NCBI GenBank assembly: GCA_033763315.1 | Contig: JANRKS010000032.1 | Coordinates: 64,001 to 128,000, forward strand | DNA: 64,000 nucleotides | DNA from: Deltaproteobacteria bacterium | GTDB lineage: Bacteria > Myxococcota_A > Polyangia > Fen-1088 | Direction: 5' to 3' | Part shown: piece by piece, positions 30,582 through 40,241 of the stretch | How the letters are laid out: each line of letters begins with the position of its first letter | Numbering within the stretch: position 1 is the stretch's first letter | The notes under the pieces: generated by a model | The model's input: only the letters and a program-made list of their open reading frames with translations | Told to the model about the DNA's origin: nothing | Databases searched by the model: none | Translations under genes and position numbers: made by a program

Positions 30582-31636
30582 TTGCGGCCGCGCGGGCCGT
30601 GCTCATCTGTGGCCTTGGCGCTGCTTTGCTGGCCTGCGACGGCGCCGCGTCCGCGCGTAAAGTGCCTCTGACAGAATTGGCCGCGCAAATGGCGGCGGTG
30701 GAATGTGCCGTGCGACCGCAGTGCACGGGTCGCCCTTTGGAGGCCACCGATCAAGACTGCGTGACACAAACCACGGCGCGTCTGCAAAGCACCGTGGTGG
30801 CGCAAGTGGCGGACGCTGTGGCCCGCGGCACGGCGGTTTACGACGAGCGCGGCGCGTGGAACTGCGTGGCTGCGCTGAAGGCTGCCGGTTGCGCGCGTTT
30901 CGGCACATTGCTGCCGGAATCCTGTTTGGCCGCGATGGGCGGCGTGGGAGCCGCAGGCGCGGCGTGTGCCTCTGAATTTGATTGTCGAGCGGACCATACG
31001 TGCCGCACAGACGTTCAATGCCCCGGGATGTGTGCCCCGCGTGGCGCGGCCGGCGCTGACTGCGGCACCGATCGCGATTGTGCCCCTGGGCTGCGCTGCC
31101 CCGACATTGGCGGCAAATGTGCCGTGCCGTTGCAAGGGGATAAAGATTGCGATTTGTTCGGCAAACCCTGCGACTTCGGCCTGACGTGTTTTTCACCCAC
31201 GATTTTGGAGACCGGCCGCTGCGTGCCGGTGGTGCGCGCATGGCAATCACCGGTGGGTGAGCCCTGCGCTATCTTGGCCAGCTTCTTCTGTGCGCCTGGC
31301 TTGAGTTGCCCGGTGTTATCGAATGTGGCTGGCGAATTTCCCACCTGCGCGCCCGCTTCTGCGTCGGGAGGCGCGTGCGTGATTGGTTTGCCCGATCCTT
31401 GCCCCGCGGCCGAATACTGCGCAGGGAGCATCCTGGAAGGCACAGGCATGTGCACCCCACGCGTGGGCCGTGGCGCCGCGTGTGTGACCTCGCGCCAGTG
31501 TTTGCTGGGTGACGTGTGCGAAAAGGGCGTATGCGGCCCCCGCCAAAACCTAGGCGGCGCATGTGAAACCGAATCGGGTTGCTGGAGCCGTGCGTGTGTA
31601 GGCGGCGCTTGTGTGACCCCCACACTTTGCGATTGA
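30578..31636 (+). CDS. Cys-rich (Dickkopf/EB-like repeat) lipoprotein
   Basis: LLAC lipobox and many G.AC....DC..GL.C repeats. ATGA overlap with the upstream stop. Confidence 0.8.
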   Translation: MIAAARAVLICGLGAALLACDGAASARKVPLTELAAQMAAVECAVRPQCTGRPLEATDQDCVTQTTARLQSTVVAQVADAVARGTAVYDERGAWNCVAALKAAGCARFGTLLPESCLAAMGGVGAAGAACASEFDCRADHTCRTDVQCPGMCAPRGAAGADCGTDRDCAPGLRCPDIGGKCAVPLQGDKDCDLFGKPCDFGLTCFSPTILETGRCVPVVRAWQSPVGEPCAILASFFCAPGLSCPVLSNVAGEFPTCAPASASGGACVIGLPDPCPAAEYCAGSILEGTGMCTPRVGRGAACVTSRQCLLGDVCEKGVCGPRQNLGGACETESGCWSRACVGGACVTPTLCD

Positions 31637-31690
31637 GCCTTGGCCGGCGCGGAAATTGAGTCGCGCGCCGGGCCGCGGTAGCGTAGGGAA

Positions 31691-32458
31691 ATGTTTCTTG
31701 TTTGGCGGGCGCAGCTTGGCGTCGTGTTGTGTTGGCTATGCGCGAACGCGCAGGCTTTCGCGCAAGACGCGATGCCAGCGGCTGACACCGCGGCCGCCGC
31801 AAGTGTGCCGGCCATCATCCGCTTTCCCGCCGGCACGTTTGTGCAAGGCTCGAACGACGGCGCTGAAGACGAACGACCGCGCCGCGAGCGTGCCCTGCCA
31901 GCGTTTCGCATCGATCGCACCGAGGTCACGCGCGGCGCCTATGGCAAATGTGTGGCCGCCAAGCGTTGCGCACCCGTGGCGGGCGTGGATGGCAAAGCGT
32001 TGGACGCCGAAGCGGCGCAGTTGCCGGTGACGAACGTCTCGTGGGCTGAAGCGGCTCGTTATTGCCAATTCGTGAAAGGGCGTTTGCCCAGCGAAGCCCA
32101 ATGGGAACGTGCCGCGCGCGGTGTGGACGGACGCGCGTATCCGTGGGGGGATGAGCTTTCTTGCACGCAAGCGAATTGGGGCAATTTCGCTGATGAAGGG
32201 CCATGTGCTGGCGTTGCCCCCGGCCATCCTGTGGCGGTGGGTTCATACCCGCAAGGCGCCACACCTGAAGGCGCGGTTGATCTGGCTGGCAATGTGTGGG
32301 AGTGGGTGGACGATAAATACGAAGCAGACCGCACCCGCCGTGTGGTCAAAGGGGGCTCGTGTTGCAGCTACTTTGTGCAGCCCCGTGCCGCCAACCGCAA
32401 CGCATGGGCACCCACCCATCGTGACGAGGATCTGGGGTTTCGCTGTGCGTATCGTTAG
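31691..32458 (+). CDS. FGE-sulfatase (SUMF1/EgtB/PvdO) domain secreted protein
   Basis: TEVT, RLPSEAQWERAARG, YPWG, GNVWEW and GFRC motifs. Confidence 0.92.
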   Translation: MFLVWRAQLGVVLCWLCANAQAFAQDAMPAADTAAAASVPAIIRFPAGTFVQGSNDGAEDERPRRERALPAFRIDRTEVTRGAYGKCVAAKRCAPVAGVDGKALDAEAAQLPVTNVSWAEAARYCQFVKGRLPSEAQWERAARGVDGRAYPWGDELSCTQANWGNFADEGPCAGVAPGHPVAVGSYPQGATPEGAVDLAGNVWEWVDDKYEADRTRRVVKGGSCCSYFVQPRAANRNAWAPTHRDEDLGFRCAYR

Positions 32459-34175
32459 CGCTTGCGCGGCCGTGCTGGTGGTGTGCTTGGCGGCAGCGCC
32501 CCACGCCGCGGCCAAAACTGCCAAGCGCGCGGCGGTTGTGAAGAAGAAGGCCGCCGTGCGGCCCCAGGTGATCCCTACGGCGCAAAAGCGCGAAGATGAA
32601 GCGCCGCCCCCTTCGCCCACCGACCCCGATCGCGAGCGTATTTTGCGCGTGCAAGAAGCGCTTTACAGTCTAGTGCATGGCCCTGTGTTGGGGCGCGTGC
32701 GCACCACCATTCGCGTGGTGGAAGCGCGCACGGGCCGCGTGTTGTACGACCGTGGCGCGCACGCGCTGATGGATCCTGCGTCGAACCAGAAGATCCTGGC
32801 AACGGCGGCGGCGCTTTACCGCCTGGGAAACAACTTTCGTTACCGCACCGATGTGCTTGGGCCGGCCCCCGACGAAGAAGGTGACGTCAAAGGCGATCTG
32901 TTGCTGCGGGGATCAGGTGATCCATCGCTCGCGGCGCGCGATTTGGATCAACTGGCGTCCCAGCTTGTGACCGCGGGCGTGCGTCGTGTGACGGGCGATG
33001 TGGTGGCGGATCGTCGCTACATTGGTGCTGATGAGGCAACGGCCAGCGCGCGCTCGCCGTTGGCGGTCAGCCGTGGCGCCATCGTGGTGCGGGTGCGTCC
33101 CGGCGATCATGTGAACGCGCGCCCATCCGTGCTTTACGAGCCCGCGGTGGATGGCATCGTCATCGCGAACCGCGCAACCACAACCTCGCGCGGCCGCACA
33201 CGCATTTCTGTGGTGGTGGGCACCGAAGGAGGCCGCATCGTTATCAACGTGACCGGGCGCATTTCCATGCGACACGCGGGTGTTGTGTTCCGCCGCCGTC
33301 CAAGCACGCCCCTGCTCTATGCAGCGGCCTTGTTGACGCAGGCTTTAGGCCGCCGCGGTGTTTACGTGCAAGGCGCGCCCGTGGTTCATGACGGCGCCAA
33401 GACACCAGAGCGGGCCGAAACGCGCCACGTGTTGGCCTCGCACTTATCAGCACCTTTGCCAGAGCTGATGCGCCCGATCAACAAACACTCGAACAACGAG
33501 TATGCCGATCGTTTGCTTGAAACGCTGGGCGGGCAAATGTATGGCGGCGCGCCGTCGATGGAAAAGGGCGTGCGCGCCTTGCGCAGCGCTTTGGCTGAAC
33601 TGGGACTGCCGGACGCCGCCTATCACTCGACCAACGGCTCGGGTTTGGGGCACACCAATCGTTTGTCGCCCGAAGGGCTCACGAACTTTCTGCGTATGCT
33701 GTATTTCGATCCACGGCTTGGGCCTGAATTGATTCAATCGCTTTCGGTAGGCGGCGTTGACGGCACAACCCAGCATCGTTTCGCAGGCAGCGTGGCCTCG
33801 CATCGCGTTCGCGCCAAGACGGGCACATTGAACGGTAAATCATGTTTATCGGGCTACGTTGGCGATGAGTCCGAGATCCTGATTTTTTCCATCATGGTGG
33901 ATCACGTGCGTGGACGGGGCGTGAATCCCGTGCGCAAGGCCCAGGTGCGTGTGGTTGAAACGCTGATGGGCTACGCCAAAGGCTTGGTTGGCGACGCGGC
34001 CGTTGAGCGACCTGATCCTGGCACTGACTTCGAGGGTGGCGAAGACATCTTAGAAACAGAAGAGCCCGAAGCCGCGCCCGGCGCACCCGAAGCGCAACCA
34101 ACAGAAACCGACAAGACCGACGACGAGGGCAACCCAGATAACCCCACGAGCGCCCTCGATCCGGACGGCGTCTAA
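32445..34175 (+). CDS. dacB: D-alanyl-D-alanine carboxypeptidase/endopeptidase PBP4 (peptidase S13)
   Basis: SxxK (PASNQK), SxN (SNN), KTG and GSGDP motifs. GTG start followed by a signal peptide. Confidence 0.93.
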   Translation: MRIVSACAAVLVVCLAAAPHAAAKTAKRAAVVKKKAAVRPQVIPTAQKREDEAPPPSPTDPDRERILRVQEALYSLVHGPVLGRVRTTIRVVEARTGRVLYDRGAHALMDPASNQKILATAAALYRLGNNFRYRTDVLGPAPDEEGDVKGDLLLRGSGDPSLAARDLDQLASQLVTAGVRRVTGDVVADRRYIGADEATASARSPLAVSRGAIVVRVRPGDHVNARPSVLYEPAVDGIVIANRATTTSRGRTRISVVVGTEGGRIVINVTGRISMRHAGVVFRRRPSTPLLYAAALLTQALGRRGVYVQGAPVVHDGAKTPERAETRHVLASHLSAPLPELMRPINKHSNNEYADRLLETLGGQMYGGAPSMEKGVRALRSALAELGLPDAAYHSTNGSGLGHTNRLSPEGLTNFLRMLYFDPRLGPELIQSLSVGGVDGTTQHRFAGSVASHRVRAKTGTLNGKSCLSGYVGDESEILIFSIMVDHVRGRGVNPVRKAQVRVVETLMGYAKGLVGDAAVERPDPGTDFEGGEDILETEEPEAAPGAPEAQPTETDKTDDEGNPDNPTSALDPDGV

Positions 34176-34178
34176 ACG

Positions 34179-35573
34179 CTAAGAGCCCGCGCGGACGAAG
34201 GCGTACAAATCAGCGAACACGCCCGCGGTCCAGCCCATCATCGTTGTGGCCTTGTATTCAAGGTCGTTGATGCGGCCTTGGCGGTTGTCGTACTTCTCAA
34301 ACGTGCGCCCAATTGCGCGCTCCACAGGCTTGCCCTTGCCGTCTGTATAGCTGCGTGGCTGCGGATCAAGATAGTTCTTCGTCACGAGATCCAAGAACTT
34401 GCTGGCCACGCGCTTGGCTTCGGCTTTCGCTCCATAGCGAGCCAGGCCATGCACGACGATCGCTTGCATTGGCGCCCAGATTGAATTTTCTCCCCACTGG
34501 TAGTCGCGCGGCGCCGACACAGGCTCGTTGGTGATCACGCCCCACTCGCGCTCAATGAGCGGCAGATTCTTGATGACGCGTGCCGCTTGCGCCGGGCTCG
34601 CCAAACCGGCCCATAGCGGCGCAAAGCCAAGCGCCGTGAACATGCGGCTTTGTTTGCCATTGGCCACGTCATAATCAACGAACACACCACGCGTTTCATC
34701 CCACAAGTATTGGTTGATGAGCGCCTTGCGCTTGTCGGCCAAGGCTTGCCAATCGGGCTCGCCCTGCAAGTTCAGCGTCTTGACCATCCAGGCAAAGTTG
34801 GTTTCGTAAACCCACAGATTGGTGTTCAGCTCAACGGGCGCAAAATCCAAACACCGGTGCTCGAAGCGCCACGTAAAGTCCATGCCGGTGGCCGCTTCAC
34901 ACGCCATGTGTTGCGCTAGCTTCAACTTTTCGGCGGCAGACGCGGCAGGCGGCAGCCCTAAGCGTTTCGAGAACTCATCGTAAAAACGCTCAAGCTCCTT
35001 TGGCCCCACGTGTTGCCCGAAGCGCGCCAAGCCTTCGATCGCCGTTTTGTGTTCCTCAACCAACGGCTTTGCCGTGTCCGTCCAGAACGCATATTCCTTT
35101 TTGAGCGTGTCGTAAGCTTTGCGTAGGAAGTGCGTGTTGGCTTCGGGGTTGTGCGGCAGGGGAGGGTTTTCGTAAGACAGCCGCACGAGTGGCGAAAGGT
35201 AGGGCGGCTGCGATCGGTTCATGCCCCAATCCGTCGGCGCGGCGTTGCCCATGTAGCCGTGCTTTTCAACAATCGAAAGCAGGTTGCGGGCGTCGTTGCG
35301 CGCGAGTGTTGGACGTTGGTGCGCGATGAGCCCCGAAGAGATGAAGTACGTGTCCCAATAAAACATGAACGGCACGCCGGGCCAGCAGCCAATAAACGGC
35401 ACGGGTAGATCGGCTGCCTTGCTGATCTCGCCATCCCATGCGCCGGCGATGTGCGCGTTGACTTGCGCCCATTGCTTAGCGAACCGCGGTTTGGCGGGCG
35501 GTGCCGCCACGGCGGCGTGGCCGCTGGCGAAAGCAACGGAGGCGAACAGGAACGACACGAAACCGCGAGGCAT
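34179..35573 (-). CDS. Secreted trehalase-family (GH37-like) glycoside hydrolase
   Basis: FYWDTYF, NRSQPP, EAATGMDFTWRF, QW....WAPMQ, EKYD and GWTAGV motifs. Confidence 0.88.
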   Translation of the reverse strand: MPRGFVSFLFASVAFASGHAAVAAPPAKPRFAKQWAQVNAHIAGAWDGEISKAADLPVPFIGCWPGVPFMFYWDTYFISSGLIAHQRPTLARNDARNLLSIVEKHGYMGNAAPTDWGMNRSQPPYLSPLVRLSYENPPLPHNPEANTHFLRKAYDTLKKEYAFWTDTAKPLVEEHKTAIEGLARFGQHVGPKELERFYDEFSKRLGLPPAASAAEKLKLAQHMACEAATGMDFTWRFEHRCLDFAPVELNTNLWVYETNFAWMVKTLNLQGEPDWQALADKRKALINQYLWDETRGVFVDYDVANGKQSRMFTALGFAPLWAGLASPAQAARVIKNLPLIEREWGVITNEPVSAPRDYQWGENSIWAPMQAIVVHGLARYGAKAEAKRVASKFLDLVTKNYLDPQPRSYTDGKGKPVERAIGRTFEKYDNRQGRINDLEYKATTMMGWTAGVFADLYAFVRAGS

Positions 35574-35599
35574 GTGCCGTTCTTAACACAACCCTCTCG

Positions 35600-38047
35600 C
35601 TACGGCACAAGGTCGATGAGACCTGCGATCGGGGCGTCTGGGTCGGCATCGCTTGTGGCCCAGCGCCAATCGCCATCATCTTCGAGGCCTTGCCTGCCTT
35701 GGTCGTGATTCACCAGTTCAAACGCGAACGTAGAACCGGCTTGTGGTTTCGTTTGCAGCCGCGACCACGGAATCGCGAGTTCAGCGGTGTAACCGTCTGG
35801 TGTTCGAACAACGCCGGTCTGTACGTCATTTTGCCTAGGCGTGCCTTCCAGGCGCGCTTCGGCGAACCCAGGCGTGATGTGCAAAGTGTCCTCATTGCCT
35901 TTGAGAGCCAATCCCACCCGCACACCATCGGTTTGGTTGCTGTCAGCTCGCACTTCGGGTGTGGGATCCTTGACCCACACGGCGACGTAAAGCTTGGTCT
36001 CGTCCCACGTCACATCAAACTGCGCTTGGCTGCGCGGCCGGCCTGTGCCCACGAGCTTGGACACGGGCACCTGGCGTGTGAAGATCTTCGCATCGGGCAC
36101 GCCGTCAATGACAGGCGTGAGTTTTGCGTGAGGCACAGCCAGATGTGGACGCGCAGCCTCAGCGGCCGCATGAGCGGCGGCGATGTCCGCGCCAAAGCCA
36201 GGCTTGAGCAACCACACCTGCGGAATGCGTGCGTCCGCGAACGGGACCAACGTGATCTGCGTCGGCTTGCCCTCGTCTTGTGCTTTCGCGACGCCGAGAA
36301 CGCGTGCCGACACCTTGAAAGCCAACCGCCCTTTGCCAGCTACGGGTGCAAGAGACGGCGAGGGGGTCGCGTTCGTCAGCACAACTTGTTCCCGCAGCGC
36401 GGGTGGCGGGTTGGTGCCGTTGGGGTCCATGGCCAGCACTTGCGGTCCACGCACAAGAGCCACGCGCCCCGGGTAGCTGGGCGCTCCGTCAACCACTCGC
36501 ACGGGCAGATCCATCGTGATTGTTAAATTGTTGGTTCTCTGCCACGCGCGTTCGATGCGCATGAAAGAACCAGGCGTGCCCGGGGCCGCTTCACCTGACA
36601 CGGCGAACGATGTGGCCCACGCCGGCACCCGCAAGAACAGTGGGAAGGTGGCGGGCTTAGAGGAAGTGACGCGCAAGCTGATTCGGCCGCCGCGCGGAAA
36701 ATCAGTCTTGGCTTGCACTTGCACATCAACGGTTCCCGTGGGCTTTTGCACTGTGAACGCCGCTTTGCCTTCGCTGTAAAGCAAGATCGCGGGTTCACCA
36801 TCCAGCTTGCCCCACGCAAGTTCTGGCAACATGGCTATGCCGCGCGGGCCGCTCGAAACGCAACAGTTGATCCCGGGTGTGTACGGCTTGCGGCCATTGA
36901 GCGGCGTGTAGTAACAAAAGTCGCCGTTGTGCGCGTCTTGCGCCGCCAAGAGATGGTTCATCACCGTTTTTTCGATCTCGTCGCCAAACCGCGCCTCGCC
37001 CAGCAGCTCAAGCAGCTCACGGTTAAATTCAAGCCAATTGACCGTCACGCACGTCTCGGCGATGCTGTTTTTTACCTCGCCAGGCAGCACGCGCGCTTCT
37101 TGAAAGTGTTCTTTTGAACTGGCGCTGCCCGTCAGATAGAGGCGGTTGTCGGTGATGTCTTTCCAAGCGGCAAGCGATACGTTCAAGAGCTGTTTGTCTC
37201 CCGTGACTTCGTACAGCTTCAGCAAGCCAATCAAGTTGGAAATCATTTCATAAGCTTTGGCGTTTGCGGTTTTAAGCACCGAACCTGTTTGCGCCAAAGT
37301 GCTTACGATGCGGGGGCCGTTGGGTTGTTCATAGGCCTTGAGGATGTACTTACAGAACTGCAGATAGCGGGCGTCACCCGTTGCACGGTAAAGCTCAACC
37401 ATCGGGTGCAACACGCTGGTGGCGGCCATGCCCACGTGGGTGCCTGCCGCAACGATGTCGCGCTTGTTGGTACCGAATGTGTTAACAAGCAAATCACCCA
37501 CACGTCGCGCGGCGGTCAACGCCGAGGCGTCGCCCGTGGTCTGATGGTAGGCGAGCAGCCCCAGCAGATCATACTTGTGCACCCACACGTCCCAACTTGA
37601 CCAACGGTCCTTGTCTGCATACGTGCCAAGGTAACCATCGGCCTTTTGTGTGGCGATCAGCTCCTTCGCCATGCGATCCATTTGTTTTTTCAGCCGTGGA
37701 TCATGGCTGTAGTTGTACACGCGCGCGGCGGCGTCGAGATATTTTCCAATGTGCTCGCCAATCCAAGGGTGTTCGCCTGGGCGCTTGCGGAAGCCATCGA
37801 GCAAACCGGCTTCATCCACGCGCAAGAGCCGGCCTTCCAAATTGGTGCGAAAACGCTCACCCAGCACCCCACCCAGATGTTGGGCGCCGGCAGGCAGGGG
37901 CGCATAACGTCGAGGCACCACGTCGGCCACCGCGGGCGCCGCTGTGGGGGCGGCGAGGGCCGGGCCACCTGCAGCGGCAAACGTCACGAAACTGACGCTG
38001 GTGAAAGCCACGAAACGTGCAATATCCAGCGATGTAATCGTTTGCAT
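35600..38047 (-). CDS. GH127/GH146-like beta-L-arabinofuranosidase with C-terminal CBM9-like domain
   Basis: GEHIGKYL, ETC and NCC Zn/Cys ligands, LRVPAW and RGP.VLA. C-terminal IDG...WDETKLY...E.AIPW. Confidence 0.88.
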   Translation of the reverse strand: MQTITSLDIARFVAFTSVSFVTFAAAGGPALAAPTAAPAVADVVPRRYAPLPAGAQHLGGVLGERFRTNLEGRLLRVDEAGLLDGFRKRPGEHPWIGEHIGKYLDAAARVYNYSHDPRLKKQMDRMAKELIATQKADGYLGTYADKDRWSSWDVWVHKYDLLGLLAYHQTTGDASALTAARRVGDLLVNTFGTNKRDIVAAGTHVGMAATSVLHPMVELYRATGDARYLQFCKYILKAYEQPNGPRIVSTLAQTGSVLKTANAKAYEMISNLIGLLKLYEVTGDKQLLNVSLAAWKDITDNRLYLTGSASSKEHFQEARVLPGEVKNSIAETCVTVNWLEFNRELLELLGEARFGDEIEKTVMNHLLAAQDAHNGDFCYYTPLNGRKPYTPGINCCVSSGPRGIAMLPELAWGKLDGEPAILLYSEGKAAFTVQKPTGTVDVQVQAKTDFPRGGRISLRVTSSKPATFPLFLRVPAWATSFAVSGEAAPGTPGSFMRIERAWQRTNNLTITMDLPVRVVDGAPSYPGRVALVRGPQVLAMDPNGTNPPPALREQVVLTNATPSPSLAPVAGKGRLAFKVSARVLGVAKAQDEGKPTQITLVPFADARIPQVWLLKPGFGADIAAAHAAAEAARPHLAVPHAKLTPVIDGVPDAKIFTRQVPVSKLVGTGRPRSQAQFDVTWDETKLYVAVWVKDPTPEVRADSNQTDGVRVGLALKGNEDTLHITPGFAEARLEGTPRQNDVQTGVVRTPDGYTAELAIPWSRLQTKPQAGSTFAFELVNHDQGRQGLEDDGDWRWATSDADPDAPIAGLIDLVP

Positions 38048-38234
38048 TCGCAAAAGGTAGCACAGGGCAGACGTGCGGGAAGCGCAAAACACCTGGCGGG
38101 GCGGCCGCGCGTGCGGAATGTCACCAGAGCCTCCTGTCACACACCACCTGGCCAGTGGCAACGCGGGCGCGTATCATGCGCGGCGGCGTTTTTCGCAGCT
38201 GGACAGGCAGCGCGCCGCCATCGGGAGCATTTTC

Positions 38235-39527
38235 GTGTCACATCCAAAACCACCACAAATCGAAGCGGCGTTCGAAGATTTTAGAAAACACCTGGCCCAA
38301 GTGGAAGGTCCGCATCTGGATCCACTTGTGGCCCCCTTTGCTGAGATGGAGCCAGGCATCATCAAGATGCTGGGTGGCGCCTTCAATATCGCGAAGCCCG
38401 AACACCGCATCGTGGCCTTTATGGTGGGCGCCACGTTTGCCATGCGCCTGGAAAAGGATGTGAACGCGTTTTGGTTTCCCAACCGATCGAGCGGCTTTGG
38501 CGCGGCGATGGGTTTGGTTGAGGCCGTGGGCGTGGTCTCGCCGATTGAGGCGGCCTCGCGTGCGTTGGCCCGCGGTCAACTGTCAGAGTTAGACGATCTC
38601 TACAAAGATCTGCGTGCTGTTGTGGCACGCGCCACGCTGTCGCCCGAAGCTGTGGGGCTTGGCGGGCAACGATTGCAGCCGCAAGATTATCAACGTTTGT
38701 TCGATCCAGGCTTGGCGCAAGTGGCGTGTTTAGACACGCGCGCCGTGCAAACGCTGCTCGCCACGCCTGTGAACCAGGCACGGCGTGACATTGAGGACGC
38801 GATCAGCCGCGCCGCTCAGTTGCCTGATCCTGTGAAGACGCAGATTCGCGCGCAAATCGGCGGCGCCTTGGGGCAGATGGATCCCGACAAAGCCCTGGCA
38901 GAACAGTTGCCGCGATCAACCTCGTTGTGCGAGCTGTTGGCGTGGATTCATGGCGCACGCGCTTCCAGTGGTTTGGCGCCTGAAGAACTGTGGCGCGAAC
39001 TGGTGGTGCCGCTGTTGCACATCGGCGCCGCAGAAACTTTCCCTGCGTTGGATGCCGAAGAAGTGGCGCAGATCGAGCCCGGTTCAGATCCGTTGCTGCT
39101 TTATGTTGATATCGTTCCCTTCGCCACGCCCGCCGCCGACGAAGACGGCGTGATTGGCGTGTTCCCCGTTGAGTCCGCGGAATCTGTGGTGCCGATGGAA
39201 GAGGGCTTTCCGCGTTTGGTGAAAGTGGATCCGTCGGCGCTTGAAGTGGTGCTGGCGAAATTCGATCCAACAGCCACGCGCACGTCCGTCGAGAAATTCC
39301 GTGCCCATGTGGTGGCCGCCGGTGCCCCCGAGCCCGGGCCGATCGAATCACCGTTGTTTGAAGCGGCCTTATCGCTCATTGATGATTTGGCGACGGTATC
39401 GAAATCCGCCAAAGAATCAGGCGGCGTGTTTTGCGTTCGTCGCGCCACTGAAGCAGAAGCCTCATCGGAGGCGGCGCTTCACTTGGTGCGACAAAGCTTG
39501 CAAGCGCCGCGCATCATCTTGGCCTAG
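38235..39527 (+). CDS. Hypothetical protein
   Basis: Long ORF with normal codon bias. GTG at 38235 preceded by GGGAG. No motif recognised. Confidence 0.75.
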   Translation: MSHPKPPQIEAAFEDFRKHLAQVEGPHLDPLVAPFAEMEPGIIKMLGGAFNIAKPEHRIVAFMVGATFAMRLEKDVNAFWFPNRSSGFGAAMGLVEAVGVVSPIEAASRALARGQLSELDDLYKDLRAVVARATLSPEAVGLGGQRLQPQDYQRLFDPGLAQVACLDTRAVQTLLATPVNQARRDIEDAISRAAQLPDPVKTQIRAQIGGALGQMDPDKALAEQLPRSTSLCELLAWIHGARASSGLAPEELWRELVVPLLHIGAAETFPALDAEEVAQIEPGSDPLLLYVDIVPFATPAADEDGVIGVFPVESAESVVPMEEGFPRLVKVDPSALEVVLAKFDPTATRTSVEKFRAHVVAAGAPEPGPIESPLFEAALSLIDDLATVSKSAKESGGVFCVRRATEAEASSEAALHLVRQSLQAPRIILA

Positions 39528-39592
39528 CGCCAAGGCTGCTCCGGTCGGTGGTCGTGTTGCTGCCGCCCGGAGCTTCTTGCAAGCTACGTTGC

Positions 39593-40228
39593 ATGGCACC
39601 GTTTTTTGATCCGCAACCCACGCCTTTGGGCGGGCTCGATTCGCCGTCCACTCATAGGAACCGCGATCCGATACTTGACGTGTTAAAGCGCGTCCTGCCA
39701 ACGCGGGGGCTGGTGCTGGAAATCGCGAGTGGAACAGGGCAACACGCAGCGTACTTCGCAGCCGCCTTGCCACACTTGCTGTGGCAGCCGTCAGACATGG
39801 TTCCTAAGCACCGGCAAAGCATTGCTGCGTGGCGAGCGCAAGGCAATCTGCCGAACCTTCTGGCGCCCGTGGCAATAGATGTGGAACAGTGGCCTTGGCC
39901 GATCGAGCACGCAGATGCGGTTGTGAACATCAATATGATTCACATCGCTCCGTGGTCAGCGTGTGCGGCGCTGATGCGTGGAGCGGCTGCGGTCTTGGGC
40001 CCAGGCTCGCCCCTGTTTTTGTACGGTCCCTTCAAGCGGGGCGGCGCACACACAGCGCCTAGCAACGAAGCGTTTGACGAACGCTTGCGTGCCGAGGATC
40101 CCGCCTGGGGCGTGCGCGACCTAGACGAAGTAGCGCAGCTGGCCGCGGAGCAAGGTTTCACGTTAAGTGAAATCGTTGCCATGCCCGCCAACAATCTCTC
40201 GATCATTTTCATGCGCCACACGCCTTGA
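39593..40228 (+). CDS. DUF938 family SAM-dependent methyltransferase
   Basis: RNRDPIL.VL, LEIASGTGQH, WQPSD, NMIHI, YGPF, SN..FD..LR and MPANN motifs. Confidence 0.93.
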   Translation: MAPFFDPQPTPLGGLDSPSTHRNRDPILDVLKRVLPTRGLVLEIASGTGQHAAYFAAALPHLLWQPSDMVPKHRQSIAAWRAQGNLPNLLAPVAIDVEQWPWPIEHADAVVNINMIHIAPWSACAALMRGAAAVLGPGSPLFLYGPFKRGGAHTAPSNEAFDERLRAEDPAWGVRDLDEVAQLAAEQGFTLSEIVAMPANNLSIIFMRHTP

Positions 40229-40241
40229 GGGGGCGCTGCGC

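Noticed and set aside
31691-32458. True formylglycine-generating enzyme
   Set aside because: It has GGSCCS rather than the catalytic CxxxxC arrangement, and no sulfatase gene is adjacent. Treated as an FGE-fold protein only.
35501-36526. 341-aa plus-strand ORF
   Set aside because: Antisense shadow of the GH127-like gene.
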